A stretch of DNA of 64,000 bases from Cyanophora paradoxa CCMP329 (Eukaryota > Plantae > Glaucophyta), in the NCBI GenBank assembly GCA_004431415.1, contig QPMI01000572.1, positions 310,001-374,000 on the forward strand, given 5' to 3'. Position numbers and translations under genes: made by a program. Within the stretch, counting starts at the first letter, position 1. Every line of letters starts with the position of its first letter. The notes under the pieces are model-generated. The model was not told the origin of the DNA. It saw only the letters and a program-made list of their open reading frames with translations, and did not search any database. Positions 13,101 to 24,663 of the stretch are shown in pieces.

Positions 13101-16100
13101 CCGAGCCGAAGCGGGAGAGCGAGCCGGAGGCGGATGCGGCGGCGCAGCCTGCGGAGCCCTCGTCAGCGGCGGCGCCGGCGGCTGCGGCGCCGGCGGCCGA
13201 GGCAGACGTGCCAGAGGCGGCGGCGGAAGCGCGGGCGCATCCGGAGGCGAAGGTCGAGGCCGGCGAGAGCCCTGAGGCTTCGGGGTCGAGGAGCGCGGAG
13301 GCCTCGGGCGGCAAGCGCGGGCAGAAGGGCACCGAGCGCACGCCGCCCGAGGCGGCGGCTGCGGAGCTCAAGCCCGAGTCCCCGGCCGGCGGGACCGACC
13401 GCGGCGAGGCGCCCGCAGCAGGCGCGCTGGCGTCGCCCCTCGCGGAGGCGAAGGCGGCGCAGCCGAAGCGGCGGGGGAGGCCGCGGAAGCGGCAGGCGGC
13501 ATCCGAGGCCGACGCCGGGCAACAGACGCCGGCGGACGAGCAGCAGGCGACGCCGGCGGGCGTCGACCGGAAGCGGAGCGCGCAGCGCGACGAGGCGGCG
13601 GGCGTGGACGACGGGACGGCCACGCCAGCTGAGGCCAAGAGCGGCGCGGCCGGGCGGGAGAGCGCCGGGTCCCCGGCCTCGGAGGCCGAGACCAGGCCCG
13701 AGACGCCGTCCGCGGCTTCGGAGGCGACGCCGGCGAGCGGCGGCCGCAAGCGGAGGGAAGGGTCGGAGGCTCCACCGTCAGCGGGGGCGACCGGCAGCAG
13801 GGGCGGCGCAGTAGAGGGGGAGTCGCCGGGGCCGGCGGAGGAGAGCCCGCAGGCCAAGCGGGCCCGACCGGAGCCCGAGGCCGAGGCGGGATCGGAGGAG
13901 ACGCCGGCCAAGACGCCGGCGGCGGGCGGGCGTGGCAAGACGTCGGCGTCGCGCGGGAGGACAATCTTCGGCGTGAGTCTAGAGGTGTTGGGGCGGCTGA
14001 TGCCGCCGCTCGCGGCGCGGCGCGAGGAGGGCCTCGAGTTGGAGGACCTCAGGGGCGCCGGGGCCCAGGCCGAGCGGGACGCCCTTCTCGACGGCGCGGG
14101 ACTCGAGGGTGAGGAGCGGAAGCGGGCCGAGAAGGCGCTTCAGGAGCTTCAGGACCTGAACCTGCAGATGAAGCTACGGAGCGACCTCCCAGCCGACATG
14201 AAGAGTGTCACCGACGTCGCGCTTGCTCCGGTGCGTCTGCTGCGTGACGTGATGCGCCCGGCGTCTTACAGTGGAGCAGTCCACGGGACGCACGCGGGCG
14301 ACGCCGTCCAAGGGCGAGAAGCCAAACGGCGGGGAGGACTCGAAGCCCGCGACGCCGGCGGCCGGAGCTTCTGCGCCGGCGGGGGCGGGTGCGGGCCCAT
14401 CGGCGGAGGCAGAGGCGGAGGCGGAGGGCGCGAGCGGAAAGAAGAAGAGGAGGAAGAGGTCGGCGGCGGCCGGCGACAAGGCTGCGGAGTCGGAGCCCGA
14501 GCCCGAGACGCCGGCCAGGGGGGCCGGAGACGACGAGGCGGTGCCCGCGGCGTCAGCGGCGGACGAGACGGCGGCGTCAGACGCGGAGGCCGAGGCGGAG
14601 GCGGAGGCGGAGGGCGAGGGCGGGCCGACGAAGCAGCGCAGGCCGCGGAAGCAGCCGGCGAATGCGGGCGACAAGTCCGCGCAGAAGGGCGCCGAGCGTG
14701 CGCCTTCGAAAACCGAGCCGCCGGCCGACCCGAACGAGGTGCGCTAGCCTGGGAAAGCGAACGGGGCGCACCTGACGGCGCCGGGCGGCAGGAGTGGAGC
14801 TTCGTTCCCGTGAGGGCCTTGGCGCCCGCCTTCGAGAAGCTAGCCGAGCTCAAGGGCGAGTCGCGGTTCAGGGATGTGGATGAGCTGCGCGGCGGGAAGG
14901 GCGTGGAGCTGCGCAAGGTCATCGTGGAGCACGCGGAGGCGGAGTCCAGCTCCTTGTCGGACTATCAGAAGAAATGTCTTTCGCACATCCTCGAGACCCT
15001 CACGGACTTCGCTTCTGTGCTCTGGCAGCGCTTCGGAAACGATGCGCGAATCGGCCCTGTGCTCAAAACTGTCTTGGCCCCGGTACCGCCCCCCTCCCCC
15101 GAAGCAGATCCCCGCTCGGCCTTCGAAGGCGCTGTCCTGACTGCGGCGCTGCGCAGGCGGGCGACGGCCCTCGAACGCGCGGCGGGCGCTCGTCGGCCGG
15201 CAAGCCGGGCGAGGCCGGCGGGTCCGCCAGCAAGCCGAAGCCCGAGCCGAGCGGCGCGGCGCAGGCGAGCTCCGCCGCCCGCGCCCTCCCCCGGCCGCCG
15301 CTGCTGACCCGCCGCCCCCGCCCTCGCAGAGCCGCCAGGCGAGTGCGAGCGCCGCAGAAGAGGAGGACGAGAAGGAGGGCGAGGAGGAGTGCGAGGAGGG
15401 GGCCGAGGAGGAGGGCGAGGAGAAAGTCAAGCCCAAGTGCGATCTCTGCGGGCGGACTTGCGCCTCCTCGCAGGGGCTCGCCGTCCACCAGAGACACTGC
15501 AAGCCCGCCGCGGCGGGGGCGGCGGCGCTGGCGGCGAGCGGCGGCGGCGACGAGGCGGCCGGCTCGAGCTCGAGCTCAGCGGGGGGCGCGGGGCAGGCGG
15601 CAGCAAACAAGGGCCGCGTCTTCCATTACCGAGTGCGCGCTTCACGCTCCGCTTCAAATCGGCCTGTCCTCAGACCGGGTCCCGTATACTTGCGCACCGC
15701 AGAGACTGAGCAAGAACCAGCTGCGCGTGCTGTTCGCCGGGTGCGCGCTGCTCTGGAAGAAGCGTAAGCGGGCGACGCCGGCGGCGGGGAAGTTCACTTG
15801 GGAAGACGTCGAGGAGGCGCTGGATCTCCTCGCGGGCAAGGAGAAGCGCGCCCTGGGTGACGTCTGCCACGAGCGGCTCGAGCGCCTCGCCGCTGTGCTG
15901 CGGTCCCTCGACAACCCCGAGGTGCTCGCCGCGTCTCGACCGCTCAGAACCTCCACCGCCTCTAACACGTCGAGCGCGCCAGTGCAAGCTCAGCAAGGCG
16001 CCGCTCCCGCCGCGGTTCAAGGAGGCGCTCGCTGCGTTCAGGGAAGGCGCCGCGGAGAAGCTGCGCGACCGCGCCGGCGAGGTCGGCGCCGAGGACGTGC

Positions 16101-18070
16101 GGGGCCTGTTCAGGGCCTTCACAGACGACGGCGAGGTGCGGGGGCGGGCGGGCGGGCGGGCGGGCGGGGCGCCCCCCGCTGGGCGCCGCCCCGCTCCCAG
16201 GCACTGAGCGAGGCGGGCCGGGGCCGCAGCTGCCGACCGCGGAGGCCGGCCGCGGGGTCGAGGAGAGCGAGGTCGAGGAGGAGGAGGCCGAGGAGACCGA
16301 CGAAGAAGACGAGGAGGAGGAGGAGGAGGAGGAGGAGGACGACGTGCGAGATCCACCTTTCGCCTTTCCCCCGCGCCCGCGCCGCTGACAGGCCCGCAGG
16401 CCGCCACGCCGCCGCCGCCCAAGAGAGGCGTCGCGCGCGGGAAGGAGAAGAAGGCACCCCGCGCGGCCGGCGGCGACGACGACGAGGGCGCCGAAGAGCA
16501 GAAGCAGGCAGAGAAGTTGCCGGTGAGCGACCGGCCCTGCGCGCCTCGCGGGCGGGCGGCGGCCCTCTGACGCGCGGGGCGGGCGCGCGCCAGGACACCA
16601 AGGGGGAGCAGCTGAGCCGCATCATCGATTTGCTCCCGAACCACGGCATGAAGATGAGAGGGGCAGCGGGGGCGGGCGGCGTCCCTCCGGCCGTCCCTCT
16701 CTCGCCGCCGCTGCCTTGCTCACCTCCGAACCTCGCCCAGTCGTTCAAGGACATCGAAGTGAAACGCGTGCGGAAAATGCTAATCAAGGAGGATCGGTCG
16801 CTGCTGGAGGGCTTCACTGTGGACTGCGCGCTTGAGCTCACGAAGGAGCTGCAAAAGATGCAGAGCCCGGGGCGGCAAAGGAAGCTCACCGTCCGCTTCG
16901 GCCTCGGTTTCGCGGATAAGATCCGCGCCTTCGTGAACGGCTTCGAGGACGACTCCCGGCGGGGTGCGCCCGGCGCCGCATCGAGCAGCAGCAGCGGGCC
17001 CGCGGCCAAGCCGAAGGCAAAGGCGGCGGGGAAGGAGACGGGCGGCAAGAAGGCGAGCCTTCCAAAGACCGCCGGCCTCTGGCGCGCCCCTCGAGCTGAC
17101 CCTCCCGCCGGCAGGCCGCCCCCGGCGCCAAGCGCGGGAGGGCTGCATCCGAGTCGGACGAGGAGGAGGAGGAGGCGAGCGCGAGCGGCGAGGAATCGGA
17201 GGAGGAGGAGGACGAGGACGAGGAGGAGGTGCTTCGTGTCTTGTCTTGTCGATTTCGAAGCCGCGCGTGTCTCTCCCCCCGCATCTCCTCACGCGCCCGC
17301 GCGCAGGCCGCCGCTTCGTCCGAGGCCGAGGAGGACGACCAGGAGGAGGAGGAGGACGAGGAGGAGGACGAGGAGGAGCAGGAGGCGAGCTCGTCTGAGG
17401 AGGAGGAGGACGAGGACGACGAGGAGGAGGAGGAGGAGGAAGACGTGCGAGCTGCAGCCGGGCGCTCTTTCCTCGTGTCCGCGCCGCTGACAGGCCCGCA
17501 GGCCGTCACGCCGCCGCCCAAGCGGGGCCCCGCGCGCGGGAAGGTGAAGAAGGCACCCGGCGCCGGCGGCGGCGCGAAGGGCGCGAAGGCAGGAAAGGCG
17601 AGCCCCGCGCCCGCGCCCCTCCCCTGTGTGCGCCCGTCTCCTCCTGCTCACTCGCGCCCGCAGGCGGCCCCCCGGCCCAAAGCCGGCAGGACCGGCAAGC
17701 GCGGGAGGGGCGCCGCGGAAGAGGAGAAGGACGAGGACGAGGGCGGAGAGGACGTGCGCAGCCCTCTACCCCCCCCCCCCCCCTTCTGTCCCGCCCCGCC
17801 CCGCGCCTCGCCTCACCGCCTGCGCGGCAGGCCACGCCCCCGGCCAAGGCCAAAAAGGCCAAGAAGCAGAAGGGGAAGAGGGGCAAGGGCGCGGGGAGCC
17901 CGCCGGGCGCCGCGTCCTCACCTGAGCCCGAGCCCCTGGAGCTCGCCTCGCCCCCGGGGTCGCCGCCGGCCCCGTCCCCGGCCCGCAAGACGCCGAACTC
18001 GAAGAAGCGCCCGCCGGCCGCCGCCCCGGCCGCAGGCAAGGCGAAGTCGAAGAAGCAGAAGACCAAGTAG
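2816..18070 (+). CDS. Very large multi-exon protein: divergent Ser/Thr kinase (CDC7-like, ~4583-7030) followed by acidic/Ala-rich low-complexity regions, C2HC-type Zn fingers and an AT-hook
   Basis: Kinase motifs across exons: DGGGFAQV, LVEK, AIHE, GFIHRDVKHKN, LIDWGIS, GSTPGIQSPEV, DVFALG, YDLMAQLLRADPYQRPTAAQALKHPYF. Exons appear to continue to TAG 18068-18070 with no clear gene boundary, but a few apparent frameshifts are needed, so this could be two genes. Confidence 0.65.
4305..4412 (+). repeat. 27-bp coding minisatellite x4 (PAGASSAPS)
   Basis: cccgccggcgcctcctccgccccttcc repeated four times with minor variants, just upstream of the kinase domain. Confidence 0.9.
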
Positions 18071-18347
18071 GGGCCGCCGTTCAAGTAGGGGCGGCCTCCG
18101 GCGCTTTCTGCGCAGTTTTTCTCTCCATGCAGCGACGTCTACGCTTTTTTCTTTTCGACGTCTAGATCTGTAGTTTTGTAGCCTGTAGGTAGGGTCATGG
18201 CTTTTTCAATTTTTTTGTTCTTCGCCAGTGAGGGCGAGAGCAGACTAGGATGCATTCTTACATTTACAAGCCATCCATTTATGAAAAACTCCTGATCATG
18301 AGCGCTTGCTGACAACTCGACCCGGCCCTTCAACTGGGGCCTGGGGT

Positions 18348-18749
18348 TATTAAGCGCCTGGTTAAATCCGGGCAAGGCCCAGATATAGTCTAGGGGTTTG
18401 TAACCAGAGGCCTAATAACAGAGTAATTACAGACCTGGATCTCTGATCCCTGACGATGTTCCCTTAATGCTTAGCCCGCCCCTGATGTGCTCCCAAGTTG
18501 CAGATGCAAAATGGCAGAGTTTCACTACTAGTATTTCGAGGCTGTGCGCCTCACAAGGAATGACAACTGTGGCAGGCCAGCGGCTACTTATACTAGCCCG
18601 CGTTGCAAACTAGCAAGTATTTTCTAGTTGTTGAGCATGTACGATTTATTGGTTGGGTTCCGGCTTGGGTTCCGGGAATTCCGGGAATTCCGGCAATTCC
18701 GGCAATTCCGGCAATTCCGGGAATTTCAAGTCAAGTCGCGACCGGCCAC
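18348..18749. repeat. Terminal direct repeat, left copy (3' LTR-like relative to gag)
   Basis: tattaagcgcctgg...gtcgcgaccggccac, matching 21403-21804; contains a (CCGGSAATT)6 array. Confidence 0.93.
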
Positions 18750-19595
18750 CGGGTCAGGAGCACGACTTGCACCGGTGCCGACTGCAGCCGACGAGGAGTC
18801 GTAGTGCACTACGCCCCAGCCGCCAGCTGAGCGACTTCCACATGCTTCCATCGTCCCCTTATCCAATTCCGAGCACGATCAAGGCCGGTTCCATCCGTCC
18901 TGGGAGGTGCGCTTGCCTTGGCGTCTTCTTCTTGCTTCCGTACATGTACAATTGCCGCAGTGCAAGATCTGTGAAATCAAGCCCGCTCCTCGCGAGACGG
19001 ACTGCATCCCGACGACGCCACGCCGAGACACGCTTGACTCGAATTTAGTATACGTAACCCCGCGGTGACGATAACGCTGAGCTCGCGTCCGTCTTATGCA
19101 GGGCCGATTCCGGTCTCTGTTCGGTTGGGTGCCGACTGGGTTAAAGCTGTCCTGAGCGCCATCCTGGCACGAGCAGGTCCGCGCCTCTAGCTTGTCCTCG
19201 GGCCTCCCGCCCTCTACGGCTGACACCACCCGCCCACAACTGAATCCGATGCCCTCCTGTCTTGCCCCGGCCGCAGCCCCGGGCTAGGTCCGCATCTCCA
19301 GCTTGGACGCCGGTTCACCGGAACGGAGCGACGCCTTCTTCGAATTCGCCACCAGCCTCGCGATCGACTGTGAAGAGAGGCCGTCGCCTTCGCAGGTGCA
19401 CACCATCCAGCACCGCGAATCGAAGCTGCAGCTGTTCCGCTCAGAACTCGAACTCCGGCTGCAGCTGAAAAATTACAAGTACACGCCGCCACGTCGCAGG
19501 GCCATCCCTCTTCGCGACGAATAAAATACAAACTCCTCCACCGCTGGTCTTTTAATTTCTTCACAGGCGGAGACCGAACCGCCGTGGCGTGCACT

Positions 19596-20736
19596 TTACT
19601 TCGCGCCCGCCAGGCTGCTGGAGCTCCGATATTTCTCGAGCTCCTGCTGACAGGTCGAATATTGCGCCCGCATCTCCTCCAGCTCCCGCTGAAGTCGCTT
19701 GCTGCAGACGACTGTGTTGTGCGAGCCGCTGTCACATTCATCACACCAACGAGGCTGGCCGCCCGTCTTCTGCTTCTTGCTGCTGCTGGCAAGCTCACCC
19801 CCCGCAACGCGAGAGACTGACGCGTCCGAAAATCCGCTGCTGGCCCTCACCCGCTGGAGCCTCATTTCCAGCTCGTTATGGGACCGAACTCGACTGAAGA
19901 ATTCGCGACCCCACTCGGCCAGATTTGTACGCGCGTCCTCCGCGATTTTGCTTGTGAGCTTGACCATCGCCGGCGAAGTGATCGCGGCCGGGGACATTAA
20001 TTCCGCGATCAACATCTCGTCCGGCCACGAGTTTTGCAGCTGAAGCAGGCGCCGAAATAAAACAACGTTATTGATAAGAGCCTGAGCATCCAGCTCCGTG
20101 GGGTTGTTTAGAGCTGAGAAATGCTGGCTCGCCGTGAATTCTTGTCCACGACGTCATATCGAATTCACCGCCCGCCGCCTTCGACGCCATAGCACCCAGC
20201 ACCGTCGCTGAGAATGCTCCAGTAAAAGCATCACTTGCTGAGCGCTGCAGCGAAGACATTGCGAGCTCCGCTACTATCTTGTCCGGCTCCAAAAATTTCG
20301 GCGGCTGAATAAAAGTTGCCAGGCGCTCCAGCGATACGATCCACGATAGAACGCCAGTATTTGTCAAGGCAGGAATTCGCTCCTTAAATTCTTTCAGCTC
20401 GCGGTGACGTGTATGCATGTCCAGGTTGCTCTTCAGCGCCTCCAACGCAGCGTCAGCTGCCGCCGCAGCTGGTTGCTGGCCCCCGATCGCGACTGGCACC
20501 CCAGCCGCCGCTGGTGCGACCGGCGCCACTGGCGCGACCGGCGCTGGCCCCGGAGCTGGCGCTGGCATCGCGTTTGCCGCCGGAGCGGCCGCCGCCGCGG
20601 CCGCGGGCACGGCTGCTGCATGCGCAGCTGCAGCCGCCGCCCCGGGCCCGCCACTGCCCTGGCTGCCGCCCCCGGATCCGCCACTAGCGCCCGCGCCTCC
20701 GGATCCGGATCCGCCGCTTCGCGTATTCGGAGCCAT
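19596..20736 (-). pseudogene. gag: Gag-like ORF with one frameshift near 20140
   Basis: ORF 20736-20068 (MAPNTRS...VLSWIVSLERL) continues in another frame (QEFTASQHF...WPDEMLIAELM) into ORF 20015-19596, which carries the zinc knuckle WCDECDSGSHNTVVC. The frameshift could be decay or an assembly error. Confidence 0.75.
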
Positions 20737-21402
20737 TTCGAACTCGAAACACGTCCGCCGCAGCAGAATTCCGCAGCGAACCGCCGAGCAGGTCCGCCCC
20801 CGGCGATCCGACAGGTTCTAGATCTAGCGCTAGCTCTAGCGCTTCCGATTCCTCGCCCGCGCGCCACGGCGCGCGTTGATCGACGTCGACGGCGCCCCGG
20901 AGCCCGGGCCCGAGCCTCGGAGCTAGCTATAGCGCGCCCGGCGGCCCCCGCGAGCTCGGCGTCGAATCGGCGAGCTCGGCGCCCGTCGGCCGGCGATGCC
21001 ACGCCTGTAGAGTGCGCTCGCGCCGCAGAATCCGATCCGGCCTGTGCCTGAGATGCGAACGCTGCGTCGAGCAGGCCCGGATCAGACACTGGTCGCGGCG
21101 CAGACGTACGCGCGCGCGTGCGCATGCCGGCGCCCCGTTAGCGGCGTCACGCCGCGGCTGCTAGAGCACTCGCGGCTAGCCTAGTAGCTAGCCCAGGCAG
21201 GGCGACCATATACGCATCTTTCAAAGCGACGCGTAGCGCTGGCGCGCGGTAGCGTCCGCTCACCCGCGCAGACGCGATCATGCGCAAAGACTCTGGTCAG
21301 TACGCAGCGACGTCCGCATGCGCAGCGGCTATGCGCATCGCGACGTAGAGGTCGGCCAGCTAGCTTTGAAGAGCTAGCTGAAAGTTTTGAGCAGCCCCCA
21401 CG

Positions 21403-21804
21403 TATTAAGCGCCTGGTTAAATCCGGGCAAGGCCCAGATATAGTCTAGGGGTTTGTAACCAGAGGCCTAATAACAGAGTAATTACAGACCTGGATCTCTG
21501 ATCCCTGACGATGTTCCCTTAATGCTTAGCCCGCCCCTGATGTGCTCCCAAGTTGCAGATGCAAAATGGCAGAGTTTCACTACTAGTATTTCGAGGCTGT
21601 GCGCCTCACAAGGAATGACAACTGTGGCAGGCCAGCGGCTACTTATACTAGCCCGCGTTGCAAACTAGCAAGTATTTTCTAGTTGTTGAGCATGTACGAT
21701 TTATTGGTTGGGTTCCGGCTTGGGTTCCGGGAATTCCGGGAATTCCGGGAATTCCGGGAATTCCGGCAATTCCGGGAATTTCAAGTCAAGTCGCGACCGG
21801 CCAC
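21403..21804. repeat. Terminal direct repeat, right copy (5' LTR-like relative to gag)
   Basis: Matches 18348-18749. The differences I found by eye are two G/C changes in the 9-mer array. Confidence 0.93.
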
Positions 21805-22049
21805 GCCTATAGCCGGATTCCGGCCCATGGCCCGCGGCCACGCCGGGCCCGGCCCCGGGCCAGCCGACCAAGCTCTAGCCAGACTTGGTCTTGCCATCGC
21901 CCGCGACAGGGTCTGGATGACGGGGCCGAGATTTGGGAATGGCCGCTCGAACCGACTCTGGAAATGAAAAGCACAATGGCCCTAGCTGCAACTTGAAAAA
22001 AAAACCTGAAAAGCGCCCTACGTATGTATACTCGAAGACTGCAGAGCGT

Positions 22050-24663
22050 GAGCGCCTTTGCTTCCGAAGGCGTCGGCTCAGCGGCGCGAGCGGTCGCGGC
22101 GCGCCGGCTCGCGGCGGCGGCTCCCCGACCTCGTCGTCCCCCCCGGGCCCTGCGCCCCCGGCCCCCGTCGGCTCCAAGCGCGGGCGAGGGGAGGGGGGGT
22201 ACGGGGCGGACCTCCTCCTTGCCGCCCGCGGCGTCGCCCTCGGCCTCCGAGGGGCCCTGGGCGTCCGAGGCGCCCCCCTCCTCCTCCCCCTTCGCCACCA
22301 TCGTGATCTCGGGCCCCCTAAGGCTTCCTGCGCCCCGGCGACTCGCCCGGGCGGGCGGGCGAACGGCGCGGGCGAGGCCGCGGGCGCACCTCTCGATTTG
22401 CCGCCGCCCCCGGCCTTCGCCTTGGCCTTGCCCTTGGCCTTGCTGCCCTTGGCCGCCGGCTTCTCCTCCTTGGCTGCCCGAGCCGTCAGGGCGAGGCGGG
22501 GGATGGGGAGGGGGAGAAGAAGAGGGGGGTACGGACCCGAGAGGGTCTCGGCGTCCGACGCGGTGTCGTCGGGGGGGCTCTCCGACCCCGCCGCCTGCCG
22601 CCGCAATGGCGTGGGACGAACGGGGGCGTTCGGGCGGGCGCGACGCCGCGCCGGCGTACCCGCCTGCTCCTCGCGCCGCCGGCGAGGCACGCCTTCTTTC
22701 GGTTGCCGATGACGCCGCCCTTCGCCCTGCCGCGCGGGGCGGCGTGAGCATCGGAGTCATCGGGGCAGGGAGTCATCGAGGCAGGGGGGTACCGGTGCAT
22801 CTCCTTCAGCTCGGGCTTCCAGTAGCGCTGATCGAGTCTCGGCGAGGGCGAGTTCTGAAGGCAGGGGAGGGAGGGAAGTGGGACCTTGCGGGCGTTGATG
22901 AACCAGTTGTTGACCTTCGGGGTACGAGAATGAGATGGGGGGTGGAAGCAGAGGGGGGTACGCGGCGGACCTGGACGAGGGTGATGCCGGACTCCTGGAC
23001 GAGGACCTCCTTCTCCTCGTCGGTGGGGTACGGGTTCTCGAGGTGGGCCTTGAACCAGACCATGAGGACCTGTACCACCGGTCTGTGGGGGTACGAATGA
23101 GGGCCGGCGGGGCGCAGGGCGCACGGCGGTGGCGGGCTTCGGGAGGTTGCTGCGGCGCGTGCGGTCGCCGGAGGAGGCGCCGCCGGAGCGCTTCTTCTTG
23201 GCGCCCGGCGCCCGGCGCGTGGCGGAGCCGTTGGAGGATCCCTCACGGTAGTCCTCCTCCTCCTCCTCGTCCTCGTCCGCCTCCTGCACGGCCGGATCAA
23301 ATTCGGGATCAAATTCCGTTGGATCAAATTCGAATGCGCACGTCGTCGGGCTCCTCGTAGTCGTCGTCGCGCGCGTTGTCGTCGTCCTCCTCCTCGTCCG
23401 CGCCCGCCTCGTCCGCCTCCTCGTGCTTCCGCAGCGTCGCCCGCCGCTGCGCGGCCGCCCGCCGCACCGCCGCCGCCGCCGACGCGGCCGACGAGTCGGC
23501 TTCCGAGTTGGAGCGGCTGCGGCCGACTGCGGCGGCGTCGGCGGCCGCGGCGGCGGCCGCAGCGGCCGCGGAGGGCGAGGAGGAGGAGGAGGCCTCGGGA
23601 CTGCCGCGCTGGACCACACGGACGGCGGTGGAGGCGGTGCCGCGGGCGGCGTTGTGCGGGAGGAACGAGGCGACGCGGGCGGCGAGGCGGGCGGCCTCGG
23701 CGATGCGCTCGCGGCTCGAGGGCGAGCGCGGGGCCGCCTTGTTGATGCGGTCGTCCTCGCTGTCGGACAGCGCGTCGAACCCGTCGTCACCGTCCGCGTC
23801 CCCGTCGCTCGTCCAGCCCGCCGCCGCCTGATGCTGCTGATGCTGATGCTGCTGGTGCTGCTGCTGATGCGCGCAGCCCGGCCCGCGCGCCGCCTGACGC
23901 TCCGCCTCCTCGTCAGCCGCCGCTGCCGCCAGCGCCGCCGCCGCCGCCGCGCTGTTCTGCGCGCACTTGCGTGAGACTGCGCGCGGAATTCGTTCAACCT
24001 TTCAAATTCCGAGTCGCGCACCACGGGCAGGGTCGCGCCCTCGTCCTCGCCGCGGGCGTCCCAGGCGGGGCCCAGGTCCATGGCGGCGAAGAGCGCGGCG
24101 AGGGACGGCTCGATGTTGGTGCGTAGGGCGTCGGCGGCGGCCTCGGCCTGCCGGTGGACGGCGTTGAGCGTGCCGTGGAAGCTGCGGAGGACCTGCTGGA
24201 GCGCCGCGATGTACTGCGAGACCAGCGCGTCCAGCTGGCTGCCGGTGCCGCCGCCGGCCTCCTGCTGCACGGCCGCGGGGAAGGCGGCCGCCGGGTGGCC
24301 CCTGGAGAGGAGCCCCGCAAGCTCGACGGCCCGGACGCCCTCGGCGATGAGCGGGAAGGACGGGTGTGACCGGACCCGCAGGTCCGCCGCGTCGCCGCCG
24401 GCGCGGAAGAGCCAGTCCTCCTGCAGGCGCCTGGCACGCTCGTGCTCCGCCTGGCCGCCGGCGAGCGCGTCGGGGCCGCCGGCGTCCTCCTCCGGCAGCG
24501 GCGGCTGCCCGAGCACGAGCGTCTGGTGGATCGCCCTGTCCATCATCACGTCGTACTCGCTGGGTTCCTCGAACCCCACAGCGCTCAGCAGGGCGTCCAG
24601 CCGCGCCGCCGAGGGCCGCGGCGAGCTTGCGGGCGGCATCACGGCGGACTCCATCCCCGGCAT
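22050..24663 (-). CDS. TALE-class homeodomain protein with MEINOX/KNOX-like N-terminal helices (3' end approximate)
   Basis: Homeodomain RRSNLPKPATA|VLMVWFKAHLENPYPTDEEKEVLVQESGITLVQ|VNNWFINARK|RYWKP with the PYP loop. Upstream RVRSHPSFPLI resembles KNOX1 and SQLDALVSQYIAAL resembles KNOX2. Confidence 0.9.

Larger units (their letters stand above)
18348..21804 (-). mobile_element. Non-autonomous gag-only retroelement with 402-bp direct terminal repeats
   Basis: Near-identical repeats at 18348-18749 and 21403-21804. Internal minus-strand gag-like ORF with a CX2CX4HX4C knuckle. No RT, integrase or tyrosine recombinase motifs seen. Intronless and lower in GC than its flanks. Confidence 0.85.

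Noticed and set aside
9103-18173. Many long overlapping Arg/Pro/Ala-rich ORFs on both strands
   Set aside because: Shadow frames of GC-rich low-complexity exons where stops are rare; no independent motifs.
18671-18726. Possible CRISPR-like array
   Set aside because: Contiguous 9-mers with no spacers, in a eukaryotic context with no cas genes.
18100-19000. Split direct repeat (A-B-A-B) layout of Ngaro/PAT-type elements
   Set aside because: The sequences on either side of the left repeat do not match, so no B repeat is visible.
18603-21996. ORFs MQTSKYFLVV...GIPGIPAIP (18603 and 21658)
   Set aside because: Translations of the 9-mer array inside the terminal repeats, with non-ATG starts.
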